From IMG/VR virus record IMGVR_UViG_3300037255_000025, positions 96,001 through 160,000 of that record: a DNA stretch of 64,000 nt. One strand, 5' to 3'. Under the pieces are notes generated by a model. The model was given only the letters and a program-made list of their open reading frames with translations. It was not told where the DNA came from and did not search any database. Of this stretch, positions 18,513-27,743 are shown one piece after another. The position numbers and the translations under genes are program-made. Source of the stretch: a virus (Duplodnaviria > Caudoviricetes). How positions within the stretch are numbered: position 1 is the stretch's first letter; each line of letters begins with the position of its first letter.

Positions 18513-19210
18513 CGATCAGCCCGTTCGGCACGGGCGATCATGTCGTCGTTCGCCGCCCTGTGGGCTTCCCTGTCGTGGTGATCTTCCGCGTGCGCGTGAG
18601 TCGACGCCATCAACGTGTTGCTGGCCTTCTTCCACGCGTCCTTCGCGTCGGAGTGGGCTTGGGCTGCGTTCTGGTGAAGCTCTTCGAGGGTTTGGTCACC
18701 GCGAGTGACCCCCGCGTTAGCCAACTTCGTGGCAGCGTTAGCGGCCGCCGACGCGGTCTTCGCCGCGTTTTCCTTCGCCGATGTCTTCTGCGCCGCCACG
18801 TCTAGGGTCTTCGCGTCGCCTTGGTGCGCGGTCGCGGCCGCTTCGTGCGCCGTGGCCGCTTTGTCGTGTTGCTCGACGGCGTTCTCGTGGGCGTATGCCA
18901 TGTCCGGCGTATCTGTCTTCTTCTGCTTCTCATGGTCCGCGGAGGCTTCCTTGTGGGCCCCCGCAGCCTTCAGGTGCGCGGCAGCCGCATCCTTGTGCGC
19001 GGAAGACGTACCCTTGTCCTGGGCCGCGCGCGTCGCGGCCCCAGCTGCTTGTGACAGTTTCGCCGCGGCCCCCGACTTCCCGCCGAGGTCTTCAGTTCCC
19101 GAACCGCGGCGCTCCGCCGCGTTACCCGCGCCGGTAGACGCGAACCGGCCGTGTTCATCACGCTCGGCCTTCGTCACCAGGAAGCTCAACCGCTTTCGAG
19201 TCGTTTCCAT
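18509..19210 (-). CDS. Ala/His-rich helical-repeat protein, candidate virion/head protein
   Basis: VTKAERDEHGRF N-terminus; HxxAAxAH repeats. Confidence 0.6.
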   Translation of the reverse strand: METTRKRLSFLVTKAERDEHGRFASTGAGNAAERRGSGTEDLGGKSGAAAKLSQAAGAATRAAQDKGTSSAHKDAAAAHLKAAGAHKEASADHEKQKKTDTPDMAYAHENAVEQHDKAATAHEAAATAHQGDAKTLDVAAQKTSAKENAAKTASAAANAATKLANAGVTRGDQTLEELHQNAAQAHSDAKDAWKKASNTLMASTHAHAEDHHDREAHRAANDDMIARAERADR

Positions 19211-19238
19211 CGCAGGTACCTTACCTCAAGCGGGTGTT

Positions 19239-20054
19239 TTAACGGAGACCGAGCGCTCGGAGCTTCTTTTCCACAGTTGAGCGGGCACGGCCGAGATCCC
19301 GGGGCCAGTCGACGACCTTGACGATCTCGAGGCGCTCGAGCGCCGCGTTGCGCGCGGGAGTCGGCTCGGGCTCGGCCTTCCAAAGACCGTTGACGCCAAG
19401 CCGGCTTCGCTCCGCCGTTTGCTCCGGGGGCGCCGCGCTGGGCTCCTGGCACTTCTTGACCCGGCCGTCCGCGACGTCATCGATTTGCTCCGCCGGCAGG
19501 ACCTCGTTCCCCGCGTCGGCGTCGACGCCCGCCCGGAGGAACAAACCACGGGTCCGCGCCGACCGGGAGGAACTCGACTTGGCCGTGGGTCCCGCCGCGG
19601 GGGCCCCGGGTTCAACGATCTCGGCCAGCATCCACAGCGGCTTGTTCAGTTCGTGCAGGACGTCATCGAGCACGCGGTACGTGTCGGGATCGCGCTCGCC
19701 CGCGACGCTCGCGCGCGTGCTGCTGAGCCGCCGCACGACCGTCTGGAGCATCGTCCGGATCGCCGCCGCGACCGCGATGCCCGTGAGACCCTCGAACGAC
19801 GGCGTGGGCAAGTCGGTCACGACGGTCTCGGCGACGCCGCCCAGCGCCCGCACGCGCTCCATCACGGCGTCGGCATGCTCGGTCAGCAGCCCCTCGTAGA
19901 GCCGCTCGAGGAACCGATGGAGCGCCAGGAACTGCGGGCCCGTGACGTTCACGTGCGCGTTGTGCGCCGCCAACCCAAGCGCGTTCAGCTCCGAGGCACG
20001 CCGGTTCAGCTCCGCCACGAGAGAAGATCGCTCAACGTCGGGCATCGTCATCAC
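19239..20054 (-). CDS. dps: Dps/ferritin-like protein with C-terminal extension
   Basis: HNAHVNVTGPQFLALHRFLERLYE...ADAVMERVRALGG; K-x-x-WML C-terminal motif. Confidence 0.8.
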   Translation of the reverse strand: MMTMPDVERSSLVAELNRRASELNALGLAAHNAHVNVTGPQFLALHRFLERLYEGLLTEHADAVMERVRALGGVAETVVTDLPTPSFEGLTGIAVAAAIRTMLQTVVRRLSSTRASVAGERDPDTYRVLDDVLHELNKPLWMLAEIVEPGAPAAGPTAKSSSSRSARTRGLFLRAGVDADAGNEVLPAEQIDDVADGRVKKCQEPSAAPPEQTAERSRLGVNGLWKAEPEPTPARNAALERLEIVKVVDWPRDLGRARSTVEKKLRALGLR

Positions 20055-20139
20055 CTTGTACCTCTACCAGCGAGACGCGCGGACCGCGAGTTCTTCGGAC
20101 CAAGAGCTGCGCGCAGTTGAGAGCCAAAGGCGGAAAGAG

Positions 20140-23100
20140 CTAGACGGGCGTTCGCCTAGCCAAACCACTGATGCTCCAACCAGTGTACTGGCCCGCCTTG
20201 ATCTGCGCCCAAATCTCGTCGTCGACCACCCTACAGGCGAGCAACCAAGTCCCCTTCGCGACCTTACGGCCGTTGATGATCAGGTCACAGGGTGCGATGT
20301 AACTTTCTACCGGTCGCAAATGCCCGTTCACGAGGACCTTATGCTGGAGATCGATGTTCCGGTAGTCCTCCATCCAGCGGTGCGCCGACTTGGCGATCTC
20401 ATCGGCGTCGTAAGTGTCGAATTGCGCGTCCACCGACGGGGACGGCTTCAGCACAATTCCAAGGATGTACCGCTGCTCTACTGGAGCCGCGTCGTCGGCT
20501 TTCCCGACCTCGACGATCTCGACCTCGCGCTCGTCGGCCTTACGGACGTGGCGCTCGTTGATGAACCCTGGGTCGCCCGTACCCTCGGCTGCGGGCACGA
20601 CCGGGATGAACGGCCGCGTCATCGAGTCCGCGGAGTCGCTGGCCTTCTGGGCGAGACCTTCGAGTGAGCGGTCTGGCGTCGGCGTGTTGCCCTCGGCGGC
20701 GCGCAACGCGGCGCGCACGTCAGGACCCGCGGCCTTTTGGGCGAACTTCCCGTCGTCCTCGCGTGGCTGGTCACCGCCAGACCCCGCGCCCTTGTCGTCC
20801 GCCTTTGAGCCGGTTCCGTCGGGCTTCGCCACCGCGACCTTCTCGGCGTGAGCCTGGCCCGCGTCGAGTTCTCCCTGGAGGTCGGCCCAAGCCTTCGGGT
20901 CGTCGATGTCCGAGTGGAGCCGGTCGAGCGCGTCGTGGGTCTTCTCGGCTGCGGTCTTGTGACCCTCGGCGGCCTCTTGGTGGCGCTCAACGCCCGCCTT
21001 GTCGCCCGCCTCGGCGGCCGCGACGGCGGCGCGCGCGTGCTCCGCCGCGGCTTGCTCGTGGTCCCCGGCGACCTTTGCGGCCGCGGCGGGGTCGGGCTTC
21101 GCGGCCTTGTCCCCGTTGAGCTTGTCTCCGCCGGGCTTCTTTCCGTCAGCGGCGATCTGCCGCGAGGTCGTGCCCGCGCGATCGGAGGCGTGCTGCGAGA
21201 CGATGTCGAGTGCGTTGGACACGACGTTCAGCGTCGAGTGGAGCAGGCTCCGGGCATCGGTGATCTGTGCGGCCTCGTGCAGCAGGTCTAGCCCATGGCC
21301 CGCGCGGGGTGCGGCTCCGTTGGCCGTGCTACCGCTTCCCGAAGCGCGCGGGGTCTTACCGCCCGAAGCCGCCCGCGGGGCCCGGTCCTCGCCCGACAGG
21401 GGCGCACGGCGGTCGTGTTCGCTCACGCGCGCGCCGGTCGAGCGATGGTGCTCGTCGACGTGGACCGACGCCTTCGCGACCGCGGCCTCGTTGATGTCGT
21501 CGAGGAGCTTGCGCGCGGCAGCCGAGCACGACGCCTTCACGTCCGCCGGCAGGTTTGACTGCGGGATCCGCGCGAGCGCGTTGCGCACGTGGGCCGCGTC
21601 GGGCTTGCCGTCCGGACCCCGGACCGGGAAGTGCCGGAGCGTCTTGGGCGTCGTCTTGCCGTCGACCTTCTCGCCGCCGGACTCGACGTGGAGGAACGCG
21701 GAGTCCGGAAGGTCGTTTACCTCGGCAGAACTCCACTCGGCTTTGCGAACCTCGGCGAGGTCGAGCGCCGCCGCCACTGAGTCCTCAAACGCGTCCGCCA
21801 GGAGCGCCTTCGTGACCTCGGCGGGTTCGAGACCCAACAGGGCCTTCACCATCTGCACCGACGTGGTCTGGATGCACTTCAAAGTCGCCGAGGGCTCGTG
21901 TTCTTCGAAGGCTGCCGCCGCCTTGTCGGCGTCCTCGAAGCCAAAGAGGATTGCGTACTCGGAAAACTGGCTGTCGGCTTTCTGGTGTACGGCCCATTGG
22001 GCGCGAGTATCGTTCGCCTTCGGCCCGAGGAAGACGTCCAGGCCCGTCCCGACATCCCCCGCGATCCCGGGGATGAATCCGTAGTCGAACTTGTAGACCA
22101 AGTCGCCCAATTCACTCTTCTGAACGAACCCCGCGGGGCGGTCGACGTGGACCGGGACGCCTTGGTAGTCGACCTTCTTGATGACGGGACCGCGGGGTGC
22201 GCGTCCCGTCGGAAGTGGCTGGCCGGGGGCGTCGTAGCCCTCGGTGTGCCCCTCCTCGCCGACGACCTTCTGCGATACCGCGTAGCCCACGGGGGTGTCG
22301 CGCCGGACCGTGTAGCCCGCGCCGGGCTCGGCTCCGCCGACGCGCTCGTCAGGACCGGGAACCTGCGGGCTGTTCTTCGCCGCGGGCTCGATGCCGTCGT
22401 CCTCATCCGACGGGAGCTTCGCTCCCTTACCGGGCGCGGGAGGCCGCGGCTTTCCCGGAGCCTTCGGGGTCCTGGCCGCAACGCCGCTCTTCGGCGGCCC
22501 CGCCGTGGTGTCCGCGGGGTCCTCCCCAGGCGGGGCCTTGCCGTCGGGACCCGTCTGGTCCTCGCCCTGTCCGGCGAAGTCGCCCAGGCCCGCGCCTTCG
22601 GCGGAGTCCGTCGGCGCAACGCCACTCGTCAGGTCGTCCCAGTCCTTGTCGGTCATGGACGCCAACGCGTCCTGGATGCCGGCGAGGATCGTGTTGGTGA
22701 ACAGCTCGGTCCCGTCGTCATCGCCGAGGTCGGCCTTGAACGTGACGCCGATGGCACGCTGGGCCGCGTGCTTCGCCAAGTGCTCGACCGTGTGTTCGGC
22801 CGCGTGAGCCGCCAGGTGGTGCGCCAGGGCCTCGGCAAAGTGCGGGACGGCGTGCTCGATCGCGGACCCAACGGCGTGTCCGACGCCGGGCAACGCGGCA
22901 CCAACGGCGGCGAACGCGAGCTTGACCGCGACCTTGAGCGCGACGGTCCGCATCGCGGCCTTCTGCTCTGGCGTGACTTCTTTGCCCGTAACGGCGCTCT
23001 TGAGCCCCTGAGCCGCGGTCTTGACCAATCCGACCTCGTGCATGACCGCGCCCTTGAGCGCCTGGGGCGCGCCCTTGATCTTCTCGACCGCGGACGCCAG

Positions 23101-23631
23101 CGCGCCCTTGACCCCGGCGGCGAGCTTCGCCGCGCCCCCGGCGGCGCGCCACGCCGCGACCTCGGCCTTGTTCGGCTGGGTCAACGGGGTCGCGCGCGGG
23201 TCGGGTGAACCGTTCGGCTTGGCGCCCGCGGGACCCGCGTCGGGCTTGTCCCCAGCCGGCTTGGCGCCCGCGGCCCGACCCTTAGGCTCCTTCGCGGGGT
23301 TCACGTCGGTGTACTGGTTGTGATGCGCCTTGCTGACGTCCCAGTCCTTCAGCAGGCGCGTGAACTTGTCCTCGTGCGCCTGGTCCGGGACCAGCATTCC
23401 ACCCGAGGCCAAGTCGCTCTCGCCCACCGGACCCCCGGCGAGCTTGTGGAGCGACTGGACCGCCGACTTGGCCGCGCGGGCGAGCCGGTCCTGGGCAGCG
23501 CTTTGCGCCATCGCGATCTCGGCCGCGAGGTCACCCCGCAGGCTCCGCACGACCTGGCCCGCCCGGGCCGACAGCGCCGCGGGCGTGATCTCGGATTCCT
23601 CACGCGGCGTGAGCTTCGTCGGCAGGGGCAT
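20140..23631 (-). CDS. multidomain head-maturation protein: inorganic pyrophosphatase-like domain + NDLPDSAF domain + C-terminal XkdF-like serine protease
   Basis: YGFIPG..GD..GLDVFLGP; VNDLPDSAF...RHFP...HVRNALARI; GIVLKP..DAQFD..EIAKSAHRW..IDLQH..VESYIAP..KGTW..W..IK.G..TGWSISG. Confidence 0.8.
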   Translation of the reverse strand: MPLPTKLTPREESEITPAALSARAGQVVRSLRGDLAAEIAMAQSAAQDRLARAAKSAVQSLHKLAGGPVGESDLASGGMLVPDQAHEDKFTRLLKDWDVSKAHHNQYTDVNPAKEPKGRAAGAKPAGDKPDAGPAGAKPNGSPDPRATPLTQPNKAEVAAWRAAGGAAKLAAGVKGALASAVEKIKGAPQALKGAVMHEVGLVKTAAQGLKSAVTGKEVTPEQKAAMRTVALKVAVKLAFAAVGAALPGVGHAVGSAIEHAVPHFAEALAHHLAAHAAEHTVEHLAKHAAQRAIGVTFKADLGDDDGTELFTNTILAGIQDALASMTDKDWDDLTSGVAPTDSAEGAGLGDFAGQGEDQTGPDGKAPPGEDPADTTAGPPKSGVAARTPKAPGKPRPPAPGKGAKLPSDEDDGIEPAAKNSPQVPGPDERVGGAEPGAGYTVRRDTPVGYAVSQKVVGEEGHTEGYDAPGQPLPTGRAPRGPVIKKVDYQGVPVHVDRPAGFVQKSELGDLVYKFDYGFIPGIAGDVGTGLDVFLGPKANDTRAQWAVHQKADSQFSEYAILFGFEDADKAAAAFEEHEPSATLKCIQTTSVQMVKALLGLEPAEVTKALLADAFEDSVAAALDLAEVRKAEWSSAEVNDLPDSAFLHVESGGEKVDGKTTPKTLRHFPVRGPDGKPDAAHVRNALARIPQSNLPADVKASCSAAARKLLDDINEAAVAKASVHVDEHHRSTGARVSEHDRRAPLSGEDRAPRAASGGKTPRASGSGSTANGAAPRAGHGLDLLHEAAQITDARSLLHSTLNVVSNALDIVSQHASDRAGTTSRQIAADGKKPGGDKLNGDKAAKPDPAAAAKVAGDHEQAAAEHARAAVAAAEAGDKAGVERHQEAAEGHKTAAEKTHDALDRLHSDIDDPKAWADLQGELDAGQAHAEKVAVAKPDGTGSKADDKGAGSGGDQPREDDGKFAQKAAGPDVRAALRAAEGNTPTPDRSLEGLAQKASDSADSMTRPFIPVVPAAEGTGDPGFINERHVRKADEREVEIVEVGKADDAAPVEQRYILGIVLKPSPSVDAQFDTYDADEIAKSAHRWMEDYRNIDLQHKVLVNGHLRPVESYIAPCDLIINGRKVAKGTWLLACRVVDDEIWAQIKAGQYTGWSISGLARRTPV

Positions 23632-23715
23632 GGTGGGGCGAAGCCTACATCGGAAGACGCCGCGGCGTCACCTCACCCGCGCTAAGGCGGCGCCGACCGG
23701 GTAAGATGCTTCGCG

Positions 23716-23913
23716 ATGCCCTACCGCCTGACGATCGACCTTTCCGACGCCTACGCGGCGAAGCTCCGGGCGCTCGCGGAGACCCGGAAGCGGTCCCCCG
23801 AACAGTGCATCCTGGACTTCCTCGCGGCCTGTCAGCCCGGCGGGTCGGGTTGGCGTAACCCCGCGGACGACCACCACGAACGGGCAGACGAACCTGAAGG
23901 TGAAAAACCGTGA
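23716..23913 (+). CDS. small RHH/CopG-like DNA-binding protein
   Basis: LTIDLSD...KLRALAETRKRSPEQ; TAAGAT box 8 nt upstream. Confidence 0.6.
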   Translation: MPYRLTIDLSDAYAAKLRALAETRKRSPEQCILDFLAACQPGGSGWRNPADDHHERADEPEGEKP

Positions 23914-24134
23914 CCCCGACGGCGTCTCAGCAGCGCGTGCTCGAGTGTCTACGGGCGACGCCGGGTTGGCTGAGCCGCATGGCGATCGTCCGCGCGACAG
24001 GCTTGGGCCGCGAAGTTGCGGCGGAGGCGCTACACGCCCTACGACGCGCTGGCCTCGTGGAGCGGACGTTCGAGGACAGTGGGATCTGGCGATGGGTGCA
24101 AACGAGCACCCCCGGGGGTAAGGGGCCCGTATGA
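23910..24134 (+). CDS. small winged-HTH protein
   Basis: QQRVLECL..WLSRMAIVRATGL..ALHALRRAGLVER. Confidence 0.65.
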   Translation: MTPTASQQRVLECLRATPGWLSRMAIVRATGLGREVAAEALHALRRAGLVERTFEDSGIWRWVQTSTPGGKGPV

Positions 24135-24370
24135 AGCCCGCCGAAGTAACGATGCCCGCCCCCGCCCGCATGACCAAGATGCTGAACGACGCCGCCTACG
24201 ACGTGGAGCTGGTGGTGCGACGCCGCGCCGAGTCCACTGCGGACCCTGACGCGCTCACGATGCCGTTCGAGATCCCGATCGGCGCCGATGAGCAGCGCAA
24301 GATCCAGGGCCTCATCGCCGCGAGCCAAGAGGGCGACGAGGGCCCAAAGTTCGGACCGCCCGCGGAGTAG
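24131..24370 (+). CDS. hypothetical protein
   Basis: ATGA overlap; GGGGTAAGG upstream. Confidence 0.5.
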   Translation: MKPAEVTMPAPARMTKMLNDAAYDVELVVRRRAESTADPDALTMPFEIPIGADEQRKIQGLIAASQEGDEGPKFGPPAE

Positions 24371-25003
24371 CTACTCCGACGAGAACTTTCCGTGGTCGTC
24401 GCGGTGGACGCCCGGGCCAGTCTTCGGCCTAGGGTTCCCACTCGTCGTTGCCATGTTTTTGAGGCCCTCGGCCACCGCTCGGGACAACGCAACCCCGCGT
24501 GCGCCGCCGTACTGAGCGCGGAACGCCTTCGCGGCCTCGGCGGCGCGCTTTCCCGCTTCCATGTCGATGACGCGCTTGGCCTGGTTCCGTAGGGCCTTCC
24601 AGTCGATCGTTACACCGGAGGCTTTGGCGTACGCGGTCCACTGCCGCGTCGTCTTGTCCTGCTTGGCGCTGTTACAGGACAAGCAGCAAGTCAGCATGTT
24701 CTTCGCGTCGGACCCGGCACCATCAAGGTTGCGCGCCAGGATGTGGTCGATCGTGAGCCCCACGCCCTGCCCAGTCGGGTCCTTCGTGTGGCAGTAGGCG
24801 CACGAGTGCCCATCGCGGGCGTACACGGCGTGGCGCGTGGGCTCATAAATCTTCACCGTTTTGGCGCTCTTGCGGAGGAACGCGAGGGCTTTGCGGGTCG
24901 CGCGGACCGCCTTCATCTCGTGACCCGGCGGCGCCACGGCGTTCTCCGGCTGCGAGACCTCCTGGAGCTTCGCGGGCTCGGTACCTAGAAGGAAGTGGCG
25001 CAC
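24371..25003 (-). CDS. HNH endonuclease with C-terminal RDDHGKF motif
   Basis: RDGHSCAYC..LTIDHIL..NMLTCCLSCNSAK. Confidence 0.85.
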   Translation of the reverse strand: MRHFLLGTEPAKLQEVSQPENAVAPPGHEMKAVRATRKALAFLRKSAKTVKIYEPTRHAVYARDGHSCAYCHTKDPTGQGVGLTIDHILARNLDGAGSDAKNMLTCCLSCNSAKQDKTTRQWTAYAKASGVTIDWKALRNQAKRVIDMEAGKRAAEAAKAFRAQYGGARGVALSRAVAEGLKNMATTSGNPRPKTGPGVHRDDHGKFSSE

Positions 25004-25015
25004 GGTCCGAGAGCG

Positions 25016-25924
25016 TCAGGCCGGGACGTAGCTGACGCGGACCTGGACGGGGTTCTCGCCCAGCATCGCGACCTTGCCGTCGAAGATGTACGGGACGCTG
25101 TAGAATGTGTCCTGGTAGCAGTACACGACCGAGTCGACGTAAACCTCGCGGGGCCACGGTCCCTCGCCGCACATGTTCCCGGTCTCGGGCTTCGGCGGGT
25201 ACCGGAGGTTGAGCGCGGCGCGGATCGCTCGCTCGACGGTGTCGAACGAGGGCCCGACGGCCTTGGCGACGCCGCGCATGTCGAGCGCCTGGTCTTGCTT
25301 GGTGACCTCGCGGACCGGGACCACGCCACCCTCGACCTTCCCGCGGTCGGTCGGCTCGGGCTCCTTGGTCTGCGCCCGGACGTCGTCGCCCGTGCTTCCC
25401 TTCTGAGCCTTGGCCTTCTCGGATTCTTCCTCCTTGGCGATCTTCGCGGCCTTCTCGATGGCATCGTCGCGGCGCGAAGGGTGGCCCTTGAACGCCGCCG
25501 CGAGGTCCTGGGGCCACGCCTTCGCAGAGGCTTCGAGCGCGGCCTTGGCCGCCATCTCGACCTCGGTCGAGTCCCCGCCGTCGTCGTCTTTCTTGGCGGG
25601 CGCGGGCGGCGCCTTCATCTTGCCCACGAGGTCGAGCGCGGCCTTGGCGGCGGCCGAGAGCTTGAGCGGGGTCTGCTCGCCCTGGATGTTGGCGGAGGCG
25701 TTGGGCTTGACCTCGTTGGCGTCCGCGGCGGTCGACGAGTCGTGCGTCGTGGCCCAGGGCATCTCGGTCTTGGCCACCGGGATCAGTTCGTCGCCCCGCC
25801 GGTGCGTGAGGTCCTGTGCCGCCTTCGCGACGGAGCTGTACGTGGCGGTCACCGGGGCAGGCGCGACGCGCTCCCGGAGCCTACGCGCCTTCGCTTCTGC
25901 CGCGACGTCTTCGATGATGGCCAT
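25016..25924 (-). CDS. scaffold-like head assembly protein
   Basis: Ala/Lys-rich with many xxKA motifs; C-terminal beta domain WPREVY..VVY..YSVPY..PVQV..YVP. Confidence 0.55.
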   Translation of the reverse strand: MAIIEDVAAEAKARRLRERVAPAPVTATYSSVAKAAQDLTHRRGDELIPVAKTEMPWATTHDSSTAADANEVKPNASANIQGEQTPLKLSAAAKAALDLVGKMKAPPAPAKKDDDGGDSTEVEMAAKAALEASAKAWPQDLAAAFKGHPSRRDDAIEKAAKIAKEEESEKAKAQKGSTGDDVRAQTKEPEPTDRGKVEGGVVPVREVTKQDQALDMRGVAKAVGPSFDTVERAIRAALNLRYPPKPETGNMCGEGPWPREVYVDSVVYCYQDTFYSVPYIFDGKVAMLGENPVQVRVSYVPA

Positions 25925-26010
25925 GTCGGGCAGCCTACACGCGCCCGCCTAGGTGTTCAACGTCGTGCTGTCCCGGCGCGCCCGGGCGAGGTAGGCTGCC
26001 CGACATGGCC
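25919..26010. repeat. perfect 20-bp inverted repeat (GTAGGCTGCCCGACATGGCC) containing the divergent promoters and start codons
   Basis: 25919-25938 is the reverse complement of 25991-26010. Confidence 0.85.
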
Positions 26011-26439
26011 GACGACCCGTACCGTTACGCCGCCCCCACAGGGAACACACCAAAGAAGGACGGCGCCACGGCGTGGTCGGTCGCCGGGCCCCACGGCGAG
26101 GCCTGGATGCGGAGCCTGTCCCCGATCGACGCCACGAACTTCAACGCGACCGGCGCGATCAACACGGTCCCGACGGGCTACTCGACCTATCCCAGCGCCC
26201 CCGGGATCGACCTCGTGGCGCTGAGCAAAGCGCGCAAGAGCGACTCAAATGGCGATGGCACCGGTGTGGGGCGCCGCGCCTCGGGGTTCCTCGCGGCCGA
26301 CAGCACGGGCGGGACCGTCGTGTTTACGACAGGATCGGGCCAGGTTGAGACCTGGGTCGTGCCGGCGGGCGGTGGGGCCTCGGTCGAGATGACGCACCTC
26401 GCCGCATACAGTGGCACGAACCTGATCGTGTTCTGGTGA
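26005..26439 (+). CDS. putative virion structural protein
   Basis: Gly/Thr-rich small beta protein heading the operon. Confidence 0.5.
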   Translation: MADDPYRYAAPTGNTPKKDGATAWSVAGPHGEAWMRSLSPIDATNFNATGAINTVPTGYSTYPSAPGIDLVALSKARKSDSNGDGTGVGRRASGFLAADSTGGTVVFTTGSGQVETWVVPAGGGASVEMTHLAAYSGTNLIVFW

Positions 26440-27743
26440 GCGCCGCGATGAACCGGCCAACGAAGCTCGCGCGAGGACTCGCGATCCTCGCGCTGGGCCT
26501 CACGATCGGTGCGTGCGGTCAGTGTGGCCCCGCACCGACGCGCGTGGCGTCGACGTCGGAGACCAGCACGAGCGCCGGCAAGCTCGTCGTCCCGGAGGTG
26601 CAGTTCCCGGTGAACGGTCGGAGCCCGTGGCAACCCGGCGGTGTGGAGGGTCCCGGGGGGCCGTCCATCATCGCCTCCGCCAACTTCACCGCGCTGGCGA
26701 CGAGCGGAGGGGTGTTCACCGTGCCCCCGTCGTGGCTGTCGATCTCGTGCGCGACGACGGGCCGAACGGTCCAAACGAGCGCCTCGACGATCGTGTCGGG
26801 AATCGGCGCGAACGCCTGGCGAGCCCGTAACGTCGGTAGCGGGCTTGGTCTATCCGTCGAGTCGAACCGTACCAATTTCGCCACATATGGAGCGTCCGGG
26901 ACCTCGGGGTGGTCCACAAACGGGGCCACGATCACGGCAGCATCCGGGCCAGACGGAACGGCGAATGCTGCCGTCACCGTCGCGTGGACCGCAGGCACGT
27001 CCGTCGCGGGATACGCCGGCGGAGGAGCCTCCAGCAATGCCGTCTCGTTTTGGGAGCGCGACTTGGGCGGGTCTCAGACCATCGGCTTTTTCGACATCCA
27101 AACAGGCTCACCGACGATGGTGCTCAATACCGCGCCGACATGGGCTCGGTACTCGACCTCTGCGTGGGCTGCTATCAGTCCACAAGGGCTGGGTTGGGGC
27201 TCGTGGTCGGGAGCGCCAAATCCAAACGGTTCTGGGACTGTGTGGGGATCGCAAATCGAGACAGGGCTATATCCGTCGAGCGTGATCCCAACGAACGGGT
27301 CTGAGGACATCCGCGCCGCTGACACGCTGAGCACGACGACCGCGATCGCGCCGTCTGGGCGGCTCAACATGACCGAGGTCGTCGCGCCCAACTTCGCGAG
27401 CGGCGAGCAGGGTGTTGACTCGCCGATCCTTTGGTGGAGCTCGACGAATCAGATATACCTCCAGCAGAGCACCGGCAAGGTCGTCGTCGATGTCGGTGGC
27501 TCGCCGGTCCTCACGAGCGCGGCGCTCACGTGGTCGCGCGAGCAGGCGATTACCGTTGCCGTTCACCTCACGCCCTCCGGCGCGCTCTCCCTCACCGTGA
27601 GTGGAGCGACGACGGGCAACGGCACCGTCAACACCACCGGCGTCGGCACCTTCAGCACGGGCGCGACCTCCTATCTGCTCGGTACGTCGAGCGGCGCGCA
27701 AGAATGCGCAGACCTCCGCAGCGTGAGCTTCGCGGCGCCATGA
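26436..27743 (+). CDS. tail-fibre/lectin (LamG-like) protein with a lipoprotein-like signal
   Basis: GLSVESNRTN and QIETG.YPSS.IPT...RAAD.L motifs typical of phage fibre proteins; N-terminal LAILALGLTIGAC. Confidence 0.6.
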   Translation: MSAAMNRPTKLARGLAILALGLTIGACGQCGPAPTRVASTSETSTSAGKLVVPEVQFPVNGRSPWQPGGVEGPGGPSIIASANFTALATSGGVFTVPPSWLSISCATTGRTVQTSASTIVSGIGANAWRARNVGSGLGLSVESNRTNFATYGASGTSGWSTNGATITAASGPDGTANAAVTVAWTAGTSVAGYAGGGASSNAVSFWERDLGGSQTIGFFDIQTGSPTMVLNTAPTWARYSTSAWAAISPQGLGWGSWSGAPNPNGSGTVWGSQIETGLYPSSVIPTNGSEDIRAADTLSTTTAIAPSGRLNMTEVVAPNFASGEQGVDSPILWWSSTNQIYLQQSTGKVVVDVGGSPVLTSAALTWSREQAITVAVHLTPSGALSLTVSGATTGNGTVNTTGVGTFSTGATSYLLGTSSGAQECADLRSVSFAAP

